Source of the DNA: Octopus bimaculoides
Lineage: Eukaryota
Assembly (NCBI RefSeq): GCF_001194135.2
Contig: NC_068986.1
Location: forward strand, 51,035,366 to 51,099,365
Length of the DNA: 64,000 nucleotides
Direction: 5' to 3'
The notes under the pieces: model-generated
The model's input: only the letters and a program-made list of their open reading frames with translations
Databases searched by the model: none
Told to the model about the DNA's origin: nothing
Program-made: the position numbers and the translations under genes
In this document: positions 48,905 through 60,910 of the stretch, piece after piece
Position numbering within the stretch: position 1 is the stretch's first letter
Layout: every line of letters starts with the position of its first letter

Positions 48905-49836
48905 AACATGGCAACATGACATATTTCTAGTGCTGGTTCCACAATGCATTCTGTAATGCAGATGGTGATAAGAAGGGTACTCAACTGTAGAAACCAAGCC
49001 AAAAATGAACCAGTGGGGCAGTAGCTCTTGATAACGCCATCCTGCTCTCAAATCATGGAAAGTGGATGTAAAATGATGATGATGATGACAACTCATTTTC
49101 ACTAGACATTTTTTTTTTTGACTATTCAGATCATCATTATCGCCGTCATCACCATCATCATCATTTAATGTCTGTTGTCCATGGTGGCATAGGTTGGACA
49201 GTTTGACCAGAGCTGGTGGGATGGGTAGCTGCACCAGATTCCAGGATGATTTGGCATGGTTTCTACAGCTGGATGCCCTTTCTAATGCCAACCACTTTAC
49301 AGAGTGTGCTGGGTGCTTTTACATGGCACCACCCGGGCACTTTTACATGACATCACACTAGCAGTGCACCAGTGGTTTCTAAATTTGTTTTATTCAATAT
49401 ATATCATCATCATCGTTTAACGTCTGCTTTCCATACTAGCATGGGTTGGACGATTTGACACGACTGGCGAACCAGATGGCTGCACCAGGCTCCAATCTGA
49501 TCTGGCAGAGTTTCTACAGCTGGATGCCCTTCCTAACGCCAACCACTCCGAGAGTGTAGTGGGTGCTTTTATGTGCCACTGGCACGAGGGCCAGTCAGGC
49601 GGTACTGGCAACGGCCACGCTCAAATGTGCCACCTGCACAGGAGTTAGTCCAGCCACACTGGCAACGACTTCGCTCAAATGTTTTGTTCACGTGCTATTG
49701 GCATAAGTGCCTGTAAGGCAACGCTGGTAACGATCACGCTCAAACGGTGCTTTTTACATGCCACTGGCATGGAAGCCAGACAGCTGTTCTGGCAATGATC
49801 CCGCTCGGATGGTGCTGTTAGTGCTCCACTGGCACG

Positions 49837-49838
<2 letters not shown>
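48905..49838. mobile_element. Cluster of three RTE 3' fragments (plus 48905-49088, minus 49135-49360, minus 49405-49838)
   Basis: (GAT)n/(CAT)n tails and the conserved RTE 3'UTR. Confidence 0.8.
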
Positions 49839-49888
<50 letters not shown>

Positions 49889-50809
49889 TGCTATATATAT
49901 ATATATATGATGGACTCTCCTGTCGAAGAAGATGTATGAGTGTTCAGCTTTTGCTGAGCAACCTACATGAATGATTTGTTTACACTGATCAAAAGTACAT
50001 ACTGTACATTAGCTAACTCCCTCCATCAAATCGAGATTGCTTGAACAGGTGCACTGTGTTTTACATGTCAAGTGTCAAAGTGATTGCAAAGTGATATGAC
50101 ATGAACTGTTTTGGTCAATAACAACCGCAACACCCAGTCTAGGAATTGAAATCGCGATCTCAAGATCATGAGTGCAGCACTCTAACCATTAGGCCAAACA
50201 TCAGCACAATGTATGTGTGTGTGTATATATCTATATATATATATATATATATCTTATCTGCATCTTGGAGACTTCGTCGTAGTATGTCAGCGGAGAGAAN
50301 NNNNNNNNNNNNNNNNNNNNNNNNNNNNNNNNNNNNNNNNNNNNNNNNNNNNNNNNNNNNNNNNNNNNNNNNNNNNNNNNNNNNNNNNNNNNNNNNNNNA
50401 TTTATAAATATATATATATATATATATGTAATGTATATGTATATATATATATATTGGTGCAAGTATGGCTATGTGGTAGGAAGTGTATTTCTGAACCATA
50501 TAGTTTCAGGCTCAGTCACACTATGGCACCTCGGGCAAGTGTCTTTTAGAATAGCTCTGGGCTGACCTAAGTCTTGTGAGTGGATTTGGTAGACAGAAAG
50601 TGAAAGAAGCCCATTGTATATATGTGTGTATATATATATAGCTACGTATGCTTTTGAATTTGTGTTTTCTCCATCACTGCTTGACAGTAGGTGTTGGTTG
50701 TGAATGTTCCTATAACTTAGCAGTTCTAGCTTGACGGCTCTGGTCAAACTGTCCAACACATGCCAGCATGGAAAATGGACATTAAAGGATGATGACGATG
50801 ATGTTTATA

Positions 50810-51189
50810 CATTCATAGGTATGACTCTGTGGTAAGAAGGTTACTCCCCAACCATAAGGTTCTGGGTTCAATCCCACTGTGTAGCACCTTGGACAAGTGT
50901 TTTCTCCTATAGCCTTGGGCCGACCAAAGCCTTGTGAGTTTTTTTGGTAGACGGCATCTGAAAGAAGCCTGTTGTATATATGTATATGTTTATGTGTGTG
51001 TGTGTCTTTGTGTCTGTGTTTGTCCCACCACCATTGCTTGACAACCAATGTTAGTGTGTTTACGTCTCCATAACTTAGCAGTTTGGCAAAATAAAATAAG
51101 TACTAGCCTTACAAAGAATAAGTCCTCGGGTTCAATTTGTTTGACTAAAGCAGTGCTCCAGCATGGCTGCAGTCAAACATATGAAAGAA

Positions 51190-51190
<1 letters not shown>
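50810..51190 (+). mobile_element. SINE family A (another partial copy at ~50455-50715)
   Basis: Family A head, core and tail. Confidence 0.8.
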
Positions 51191-51243
<53 letters not shown>

Positions 51244-51244
51244 T

Positions 51245-51410
51245 AGTATATTTGCCACTTAAATGCAGCTAAACCCTAAGGGTGAATGCTACTGTAGCTT
51301 TTAGCCCCAGGAAAACATCTCCTTCAGCTGGAGGAGATGTTCTCCTGGGGCTAAAAGCTACAGTAGCATTCACCCTTAGGGTTTAGCCGCATTTAATTGG
51401 CAAATATACT
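51245..51410. repeat. 166-bp spacerless palindrome
   Basis: Two 83-bp arms centred on CAG|CTG at 51327/51328, four mismatches by eye. Confidence 0.9.
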
Positions 51411-51454
51411 TCACATTGACGTGCGGCTACTGTTTACACCTCGTTCAGAGGTTT

Positions 51455-51566
<112 letters not shown>

Positions 51567-51574
51567 GCATATAT

Positions 51575-51930
51575 GGGTACAGGATGTCACAAACCATATA
51601 CAACACTAAATATGAAAACAAAAGAGTTGAATACAGAAACAATGAGAGAAACAAATGGAAAACAGGACAAGTAACATAAAGAACGACCCTTCATCAGTTG
51701 TCGGCTGTCCATTTCGAGCAGTGAACGATAATATGAGTCTTCAAAGGCAGTTGCTCCTGCAAACCAAAATAAAATCTGGGACTTGCGGAGGGTCAAAGTT
51801 GGTAACAAAAACAGGACATTGGAGACATACAAGGAAACTGAATGAAAACAAACATGGAGGGTCATTAGACCAGATGATGGGTAAAATAGCGAATGCTGGA
51901 GAAATATTCTCTTTGACAAGAGAAAAGATA
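51575..51930. repeat. Unclassified repeat-like segment next to (TA)n, containing CTGATGAAGG on the minus strand
   Basis: Compositionally distinct block between a (TA)n tract and the hammerhead repeat; class not determinable here. Confidence 0.3.
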
Positions 51931-52103
51931 AATTATTAAGGTGGCTATTCACAATTTAAAAACTAAAAGGCATAAGTACAATTGTTACTAAGGGTGCAAT
52001 TCAGCTCCAGCATTGCTGGAAATAAGAGTCAAAGAACTATTAGCCATGGGCAAAGCACTTATCTTTTGACTGACAAGGAAGAACAAACACCTTACAGCAA
52101 GCG

Positions 52104-52166
52104 AGGAGTAACAGATCATCAATGATTTCAGATTGAATTAACCCTCATCAGCGACATGCTGTTGCC
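52104..52166 (-). ncRNA. Minimal type I hammerhead-ribozyme-like motif, copy A
   Basis: Minus strand: CUGAUGA (52151-52145), stem II GGGUU/AAUCU, GAAA, palindromic stem III AUCAU-UG-AUGAU, AUC cleavage triplet (C at 52114); stem I is imperfect. Confidence 0.6.
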
Positions 52167-52580
52167 TTGGGCTAGATTGAACTCACCTTGTCAGTTTATA
52201 GAAGATATCATAGGAATTAGTGGCTGATTCAGTAAAATGGTAAAGTGAAAATTACAAAATTATTAAGGTGGCTGTTTGCAATTTAAAAACCAAAAAGGCA
52301 TAAGTACAATTGTCACTAAAGTTACTAAGGAATCTAGACAGCACCAGCAATGCTAGAGATAAGAGTCAAAACAACTCTTAGCCATGGGCTCTTATTTCTA
52401 GCAATGCTGGTGCTGATGTCATTTTAGTGACGACCATACTTCTGCCTTTTGGTTGTAAATTGCGAATAGCTACCTTAATAACTTATAATTCTCACTTCAC
52501 CATTTTCGAAATTAGTCGATGCTTCCTATAGTGTTCTCTATAAGGCTGATAAGGTGACTTAGGTTCTCTAACCTTCGGCA

Positions 52581-52644
52581 ATGGAGTAATGGGTCACTGA
52601 TGAAGATTGATTAAATTTGAAATCATCTAATGGCATGACTCCAT
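52581..52644 (+). ncRNA. Minimal type I hammerhead-ribozyme-like motif, copy B (probably degenerate)
   Basis: Stem I GGGUCA/UGACUC, CUGAUGA at 52597-52603, stem II AGAUU/AAUUU, GAAA at 52619-52622, stem III AUCAU-CUA-AUGGC. Position 16.1 is C instead of the conserved U. Confidence 0.55.
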
Positions 52645-52796
52645 CTCACTTTCCGCAGGGAGCTTGTCTCCCTTGTCATTTGTTAGAAAAGTGCTCTCAT
52701 ATGGTTAAGAGTTGCTTTGACTCTTGTTTTTAGCAATGCTGGTGTTCACTAGCATCCTCGTTCACTTTAGTGGTGACTATATTACATATATTTATA

Positions 52797-53014
52797 TACA
52801 AGGGGCTTTTGAAAAGTTTCTGGTTTTAAGGGTGTTGCGAAAGGCCTGTTTGAAGACCCAGCTTTCCAAGTTCTTTTAAAGGACTTAGAAAAACTGAAGG
52901 ACCCCTGCAATAAGTGTATGAATCTGAGAGAGGAATATGTTGAATAAAATCATAATTAACTGATCCTCCAGTATTTTCTTTCACCCAAAGCCAGGAACTT
53001 TTTGGTACTCCCTA
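52797..53014. mobile_element. Mariner-derived MITE
   Basis: TA-flanked imperfect TIRs (..AAAAGTTTCTGG / CCAGGAACTTTT..); internal mariner C-terminus ..CNKCMNLREEYVE*. Confidence 0.65.
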
Positions 53015-54609
53015 TATATATATATATGTACTCTTGTTTTTTCTTGCAGAAAGGACATATCTCATTTCATAGAACTTCCTATCACTTCTTGACAGAAATG
53101 GCAGTGTAGGAAACACTTCTACAGAAAGTGTTACTACATTTGCCATCTAAGTTATTACAAATAAAATACAAATCCCATATCGGATATACCATCTGAGTGC
53201 TCTAATGTCTTAACCAGACATGCATAGCTGCAAAGGGTAGGGCCACCTGCAAACACACAAGGAAACCAGTATAGATTATGTCCTTCATTGGAGCTAGCCC
53301 TATCATCAGCAAAACCTGCAACAGTTCTTTGAAGATATATGTTACCCAATCATAATGAAATACGTTGTAATGTATCATATATAAGAAGGATAATAAGCGC
53401 TTTTACTGTGCCGACTATCAAACTGCCACTTTAATCACTTAACTTGCTAGAAATAACAGCTAAATCTTTCCTCCCTACTATCTTAAAATAGAACGTTGGA
53501 TATATATATATATANNNNNNNNNNNNNNNNNNNNNNNNNNNNNNNNNNNNNNNNNNNNNNNNNNNNNNNNNNNNNNNNNNNNNNNNNNNNNNNNNNNNNN
53601 NNNNNNNNNNNNNNNNNNNNNNNNNNNNNNNNNNNNNNNNNNNNNNNNNNNNNNNNNNNNNNNNNNNNNNNNNNNNNNNNNNNNNNNNNNNNNNNNNNNN
53701 NNNNNNNNNNNNNNNNNNNNNNNNNNNNNNNNNNNNNNNNNNNNNNNNNNNNNNNNNNNNNNNNNNNNNNNNNNNNNNNNNNNNNNNNNNNNNNNNNNNN
53801 NNNNNNNNNNNNNNNNNNNNNNNNNNNNNNNNNNNNNNNNNNNNNNNNNNNNNNNNNNNNNNNNNNNNNNNNNNNNNNNNNNNNNNNNNNNNNNNNNNNN
53901 NNNNNNNNNNNNNNNNNNNNNNNNNNNNNNNNNNNNNNNNNNNNNNNNNNNNNNNNNNNNNNNNNNNNNNNNNNNNNNNNNNNNNNNNNNNNNNNNNNNN
54001 NNNNNNNNNNNNNNNNNNNNNNNNNNNNNNNNNNNNNNNNNNNNNNNNNNNNNNNNNNNNNNNNNNNNNNNNNNNNNNNNNNNNNNNNNNNNNNNNNNNN
54101 NNNNNNNNNNNNNNNNNNNNNNNNNNNNNNNNNNNNNNNNNNNNNNNNNNNNNNNNNNNNNNNNNNNNNNNNNNNNNNNNNNNNNNNNNNNNNNNNNNNN
54201 NNNNNNNNNNNNNNNNNNNNNNNNNNNNNNNNNNNNNNNNNNNNNNNNNNNNNNNNNNNNNNNNNNNNNNNNNNNNNNNNNNNNNNNNNNNNNNNNNNNN
54301 NNNNNNNNNNNNNNNNNNNNNNNNNNNNNNNNNNNNNNNNNNNNNNNNNNNNNNNNNNNNNNNNNNNNNNNNNNNNNNNNNNNNNNNNNNNNNNNNNNNN
54401 NNNNNNNNNNNNNNNNNNNNNNNNNNNNNNNNNNNNNNNNNNNNNNNNNNNNNNNNNNNNNNNNNATCTTAGCATCGTAATTTTAAAATATAAATAAAAA
54501 TCGTCAAAAGCTTGTTTATTTTTATGTTTTTTGATTTATTTAGTGTTGCTTAATATGTTTTGCTAAAATTTCAGATATCATCAGAAAAAGGTAATTAAAA
54601 TTCATTAAA

Positions 54610-54903
54610 ATGATAGATCTATTGGACTTTCAAAGAGACGCCAGCCTAACAAAGCAGCCAAAATGTTTGGTGTATCAAGAAGTACTGTCTCAAAAGTAAT
54701 GACAGCCTTTGAGAAAGAGGGAAAAACCTCCTCGTCAAAACAAAACTCCAGAAGAAAACCAAAACTTTCAGATAGACAGTTGGACTCTTACGTGAATTGT
54801 TAGAAAGGATCACAAAAGTACACCTCCTAAAATTACTGCAGAGCTTAATGACCACCTCAAGAACCCAATTTCCACAAAAACTGTTTGCCGGGAGGTGCAC
54901 AAA
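54610..54903 (+). mobile_element. Tc1-like transposase N-terminal fragment (paired-like HTH)
   Basis: KMFGVSRSTVSKVMTAFEKEGKTSS..RKPKLSDR..ITAELNDHLKNPISTKTVCREVH, frameshifted and cut by a SINE. Confidence 0.8.
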
Positions 54904-54911
54904 TATATATA

Positions 54912-55330
54912 TAGGTGCGGGCATGGCTGTGTGCTAAGAAGCTTGCTTCCCAACCAATATGGTTCTAGGTTCAGTCCCACTGTGTGGCACGTTGGGCAAT
55001 TATCTACTACTATAGCCTTCAGCCATCCAAAGCCATGTCAGTGGATTTGGTTAACGGAAACTGAAAGAAGTCTCTCCTATACATACATACATACATACAC
55101 ATATATATATATATGTGTGTGTGTGTTTGTGTTTGTTCCCCACCACCCTCACTTAGAAACCCATGTAGGTGTGTTTTCGTCCCCGCAACATAACGGTTTG
55201 GCAGAAGATTTCTATAGAATACGCTCCAGGCTTACAAAGAATAAGTCCAAGGGGCGTTTTCTTCAACTAAAAGGCAGTACTCCAGCACGGCCACACTCAA
55301 ATGCCTGAAACAAGTAACAGAGTAAAGGAG
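54912..55330 (+). mobile_element. SINE family A (further partial copy at 56257-56490)
   Basis: Family A head, core and tail. Confidence 0.8.
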
Positions 55331-57126
55331 TAATATATATATATATATATATATATATANNNNNNNNNNNNNNNNNNNNNNNNNNNNNNNNNNNNNNNNN
55401 NNNNNNNNNNNNNNNNNNNNNNNNNNNNNNNNNNNNNNNNNNNNNNNNNNNNNNNNNNNNNNNNNNNNNNNNNNNNNNNNNNNNNNNNNNNNNNNNNNNN
55501 NNNNNNNNNNNNNNNNNNNNNNNNNNNNNNNNNNNNNNNNNNNNNNNNNNNNNNNNNNNNNNNNNNNNNNNNNNNNNNNNNNNNNNNNNNNNNNNNNNNN
55601 NNNNNNNNNNNNNNNNNNNNNNNNNNNNNNNNNNNNNNNNNNNNNNNNNNNNNNNNNNNNNNNNNNNNNNNNNNNNNNNNNNNNNNNNNNNNNNNNNNNN
55701 NNNNNNNNNNNNNNNNNNNNNNNNNNNNNNNNNNNNNNNNNNNNNNNNNNNNNNNNNNNNNNNNNNNNNNNNNNNNNNNNNNNNNNNNNNNNNNNNNNNN
55801 NNNNNNNNNNNNNNNNNNNNNNNNNNNNNNNNNNNNNNNNNNNNNNNNNNNNNNNNNNNNNNNNNNNNNNNNNNNNNNNNNNNNNNNNNNNNNNNNNNNN
55901 NNNNNNNNNNNNNNNNNNNNNNNNNNNNNNNNNNNNNNNNNNNNNNNNNNNNNNNNNNNNNNNNNNNNNNNNNNNNNNNNNNNNNNNNNNNNNNNNNNNN
56001 NNNNNNNNNNNNNNNNNNNNNNNNNNNNNNNNNNNNNNNNNNNNNNNNNNNNNNNNNNNNNNNNNNNNNNNNNNNNNNNNNNNNNNNNNNNNNNNNNNNN
56101 NNNNNNNNNNNNNNNNNNNNNNNNNNNNNNNNNNNNNNNNNNNNNNNNNNNNNNNNNNNNNNNNNNNNNNNNNNNNNNNNNNNNNNNNNNNNNNNNNNNN
56201 NNNNNNNNNNNNNNNNNNNNNNNNNNNNNNNNNNNNNNNNNNNNNNNNNNNNNNNNACTGAAAGAAGAGTGCTGTATATTTGTGTGTGTATGTGTTTCTG
56301 TTTGTACCCCTACCATTGCTTGACAACCGATGTTGCTGTGTTTACATTCCCATAACTTCGCGGCTCGGCAAAAGTCACCAATAGAAAAAGTACTAGGCTT
56401 ACAAGGAATAAATCCTGTGGTCGATTTGTTCAACCAATACCAGTGCTCTAGCATAGCCTCAGTCAAATGACTGAAACAAGTAAAATAAAAAAAAAAAACT
56501 ATCTATGCCATTTTAATCCTGAGCAAGACCGGGTATCTCTGCTAGTGCATCTATAAAAGATAGAATTAGCTTGGTTTTGATCTGGGGCTAATAAATGTGA
56601 TTGAGATAGCCATTCTCAGTGACCATCAGTGTTCTTTTTTTTTTTCAACTTGGGTCTGAGGGAAGGAACAGTACCCATGGCCTTCACAGGTACTCCTAGT
56701 CTAGTTTGATTCATACCACAGTGTTTAGCATCTGCAGAAAAAAACAAGCACGGAGTGAATTCCAGAAGGCTGAAGTTTTGGGAAAGAAAGATTAGATGTA
56801 GTGATTCATGCAAGGCCTGGCATGTTGGAAACAACAAGGGTGATGGGAGAGAAGAGGAAGCAGGTAGAATGAGAGTGATTTCTCTGAGAAGCAGAGTAAT
56901 TTATAGTAGTGGTATAAAAAAGTGGAGAGAGGAAGCCAGAGGCTGGAGTATATTTCAGAGTGACTATGCCAATCAGTCTAGTAGGTCATTTCTCGATGCA
57001 GTTTTGGATGTCAATCGTTGTGTGCAGGAGCAGGGACATGACGATGTAATATGATTTTTGGTTGTTGAGTCTCACAGAAGGGATGACAAGTGAGACCAAG
57101 ACTTCAGATTTACTGTGCTTGAGAAG

Positions 57127-57504
57127 TTGTTGGCACTCCATCGCTTACGACGTCGAGGGTTCCAGTTGATCCGATCAACGGAACAGCCTGCTCGTGAAAT
57201 TAACGTGCAAGTGACTGAGCATTCCACAGACACGTGTACTCTTAACGTAGTTCTCGGGGAGATTCAGCGTGAGACAGTGTGTGGCAAAGCTGGCCCTTTG
57301 AAATACAGGCACAACAGAAACAAAGAGTGAGAGAAAGTTGTGGTGAAAGGGTACAGCAGGGTTCGCCACCATCCCCTGCCGGAGCCTCGTGGAGCTTTAG
57401 GTGTTTTCGCTCAATAAACACTCACAACGCCCGGTCTGGGAATGGAAACCGCGATTCTATGACCGCGAGTCCGCTGCCCTAACCACTGGGCCATTGCGCC
57501 TCCA
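57127..57504 (-). mobile_element. SINE family B, full length
   Basis: 14-bp TSD CTGTGCTTGAGAAG at 57113-57126 and 57505-57518. Confidence 0.92.
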
Positions 57505-57639
57505 CTGTGCTTGAGAAGACATGTCAAATTAAGTGAAACGGTGGTCATGGCTAGTGCTAGTAAAAGGCACCGGTGCTGGTGACACGTAAAAAGTACCTGT
57601 GTCAGTGACATTTAAAAGACACCCAATGTTGTGAAAAGC

Positions 57640-57845
57640 CAAGAATAGCCGCGGAAATACGGGAAGCGATGATTGGCTGCACGGGCGGAAAATTGTTAAG
57701 TTTGGATGGTTTGCCCTTCGAGCTTTACTATTACATGTCAAACTTGCTTGGAAACCTCTGAGCAAACGTTTACTGTAACTGACAGCAGAATGAGAGAATT
57801 CTCAGTGATTCGAGGAACGGTGGCAGTGTTGAGGAAAGGACCCTA
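57640..57845 (+). mobile_element. L1/Tx1-like LINE fragment (start of RT)
   Basis: SLDGLPFELYYYM...VYCN*QQNERI...GTVAVLRKG resembles the GxDGLPxEFY motif. Confidence 0.55.
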
Positions 57846-57857
57846 TCTATCTATCTC

Positions 57858-58325
57858 TTATATCAGTTTCTTAATTTTTTTTTGCAGAACATTGAAGAGT
57901 TGTGTGCCTTTGCTCCCTAATCTATTGCAGTATCTAGCCCCGATTTTAGACAGAGTGAACCGTACTTTTGGTACAACGCAATGGCGTCCATTTCGGGCAT
58001 TTGTATAACACTTGATGCCAGAATTAGGTACTAGCTCTTTCAGAATGTAGATTATCACATATCTGATGCGTCTTCGCTCCAGTAATAAAGTCGTAGTTTT
58101 TTCAGCCTCTACCCGTAGTTTATCTGTTGTACTGTTGTAATCTTTTTAGTGTAGTAATGCTGGATCGCTTCAAGCCCCGCTGTTAGTTTACAACTATGTG
58201 GTGACCACAATTCAGAGCAGTAGTCCAGGCAGCTGTGAACAAAGGCCTTCCACAGGGTCAACATGACTTCTCGGCTTCTTGTCCTGAAGGATCTTAGTAC
58301 CCATCTTGCCAGTTATAATTCAAAC
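57858..58325 (-). mobile_element. CR1/L2-like LINE C-terminal fragment
   Basis: Minus strand WVLRSFRTRSREVMLTLWKAFVHSCLDYCSELWSP...ERRRIRY...QLFNVL. Confidence 0.75.
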
Positions 58326-59174
58326 TTAGACTCCGATGTCTAAACAGGGAATCAATTCAACGGGGTAAATAATGGCTATAAGAGGAATTAAGTTGAGCAG
58401 ACATGGAGGCAAACTGTTATATTTAATCCCCAAACTGTTATAGTTAATATATCTAGTTTGTTTATCCGCATAATTGCCTCCATCTTCTGCTAATTACGTG
58501 CACTTTGTTGTTATTTTGGTAACCGGTTGAATTCTTTGGCTTTACAGCTCTGCCGACGAAGGCAGCAACCATTGATTACATCGGACATTGTGGAGGTAGA
58601 TGTAACAGCGGCCATACGTGTTAGGTCACTTTGTGAGGTATCTCATGAGTACTACTGGTAACATAGAATCCAGTACAACCTGTTGCATGGTAGGGTCCTC
58701 GGCGACTAAACCGGAACCTCCACTTGGCTTGTCTATGTAATAGTGTGTGAATTGTTTTGTTTTTTATATTCTTTTGATTTTTAAATGCAAGTTAATATTT
58801 TTGAGTTAAAAGTTTCTTCGTATTAAGCTAAAACATTTCTGTCTTTTTAAAGCATTATGTAATTTTTTAAATTTTATTTTTTATCAAAATTCATCATTCA
58901 AAAATTTTAAATCACAGATATTGTATTATTAATTTAAACTCATGTAGAATATATGTAATTCAAAAGAGTAGTAAATGAATATTAAATACAAAACAAAACA
59001 AAACAAAAGAATTTCTTTAAAGTTTGTATTATCAGATAACAAAATATTTTCAGTTAGAAAAATATTTAAAAAAATAAAGAAAGATAATAAAAATGTGCAG
59101 AATGTAGTAATGACTCTCTAACCATTTTTTTTTCTAAAACTTTGGTGTCATAATTGTCAATTTTGCTTAGGTTG

Positions 59175-59590
59175 CTATTACTCTTTTACTCATTTACTTG
59201 TTTCAGTCATTTGACTGTGGCCATGCTGGAGCACCGCCTTTAGTCGAGCAAATCGACTCCAGGACTTATTCTTTGGAAGCCTAGTACTTATTCTATCAGT
59301 CTCTTTTGCCGAACCGCTAAGTTACGGGGACGTAAACACACCAGCATCAGTGTGTCAAGCGATGTTGGGGGACAGACACAGACACACAAACACATACATA
59401 CACATACATATATATACATATATACGACGGGCTTCTTTCAGTTTCCGTCTACCAAATCCACTCACAAGGCTTTGGTCGACCCGAGGCTATAGTACAAGAC
59501 ACTTGCCAAAGGTGCCACGCAGTGGGACTGAACCCGGAACTATGTAGTTTGTAAGCAAGCTACTTACCGCACAGCCACTCTTATGCCTAT
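59175..59590 (-). mobile_element. Young SINE family A, full length
   Basis: Reverse complement of 31424-31830. Confidence 0.9.
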
Positions 59591-60010
59591 TATGTAATTT
59601 TTTAAAAATACAAATTTGTAATACCAAATTTTCAATGTGTAAACTTGCAGGTGATTAGTATTTTCACTAAAACTGAATATGAATAGGTCCTTGAATATTT
59701 GAATTTAAGCATTTAAGTAAAATTAAAGAGTATTAAAGAGCTTTTATTACTATTTTAGTTTTTAAATTCTAACTTTAGCAGCAGTGTTTTTAATTTTTCT
59801 TCTTCTTGTTCTGTACTTTTCCAGTTTCAGTACATAAGAATATTATAGCACTCGCACTCTGTGCCCGCATTTTATCATTCTGTTACTGTTTGTTCTGTAC
59901 TTTTCCAGGATCAATACTTAAGAATATTCTAGGATTCTGTGCTCGTAGTTTTCATTCTAGTAAAAGACACGTTCGATGAATTTGAATGAAAGTAAGATAT
60001 TGTTGTTGTT

Positions 60011-60199
60011 ATATTTCGGGACGGTCATTTTTTTCTTGCCAAATTAACATACGCCCTATATATTCGTTCTTCACTTGTTTATTATTGTTCTTATTTTATG
60101 TCCATTGTCAGGAAATTTTTCGTCGACATGAAATAAGAACAGTAATAAACAACTACGTGTGTTTATTTGGTAAGAAAAAAAATGACCAGCCCAAAATAT
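60011..60199. repeat. Imperfect foldback (~75-bp arms), MITE-like
   Basis: ATATTTCGGGACGGTCATTTTTTTCTTGCCAAA.. versus reverse complement ATATTTTGGGCTGGTCATTTTTTTCTTACCAAA..; the left arm has an ~18-nt insertion. Confidence 0.7.
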
Positions 60200-60910
60200 A
60201 AAAATATTTGTTTCAACACACGATTTCTCATCAGGAATCGTGCAACACAAATTCATTAATGTAAGATATTGTTTTTGGAGCATTATACAAATACGCGTAT
60301 GTAAATACAAGGAAAATAACTCCAGCATGCTTTATTTTATTTACATGGCAGTTATTTCCCTTTACTTTTGGGCATTTCCAGCCAACATTATAATGTAATT
60401 CTCTTCTGTATTTGGTATGTGCAAGTCCCATCTTTCATATGCAACAAGTGGGTTAAAAAACCCAGAAATCTTCGAAACGCATACAGACTCACAGACTAAG
60501 AGACTAACACACGCAAACACGCACACATCTACTTATCTATCTATCTATCTAGCTAGCTACCTAGCTACCTTCCTACTTACATAAATGCATACATACATAC
60601 GTGTGTGTGTTTATGTGCAGGAATAAAAGCAGTTCGCATGCATGTATATGCATGTAATCAAATTTAAATATGGCTGTGTAGTTAAGAATCACACTTTGCA
60701 GTCCCGTGGTTTTGGGTTCAGTCCCATAGTGCAGCACCTCGGGCAAGTGTTTTGTCTTATCGCCCAGAGTCGACCAATGCCTTGACAGTGAATTTGGTAG
60801 ACGGAAGCTGTGTGAAAGTCCATCGTATATGCAAATAATAAACTAAACTGCTGAAGGAATTAAAATCAGAATGTTGAGAAATATTTTTGGTAGAATAGCA
60901 GAGAAAAATG

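Larger units (their letters stand above)
51933..52790. repeat. ~330-bp unit repeat: ~1.4 tandem units followed by ~1.2 inverted units, hammerhead-bearing (retrozyme-like)
   Basis: TTATTAAGGTGGCT recurs at 51933 and 52260 (327 bp apart); CTCTT..TAGCAATGCT recurs at 52389 and 52721 (332 bp apart) in the opposite orientation. Confidence 0.75.

Noticed and set aside
49560-49838. Regularly spaced ~60-bp repeats as a CRISPR-like array
   Set aside because: Eukaryotic context; the repeats are degenerate tandem units inside the RTE 3'UTR with no unique spacers and no cas genes.
51680-51720. CTGATGA with a nearby GAAA on the minus strand as a third hammerhead
   Set aside because: GAAA lies 14 nt upstream of CUGAUGA, too short for stems III and I, and no stem II closes; it is not foldable as a hammerhead.
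53483-56466. Long ORFs of 230-390 aa here and at 6618-7565
   Set aside because: They consist almost entirely of N-gap translations (X) and (TA)n.
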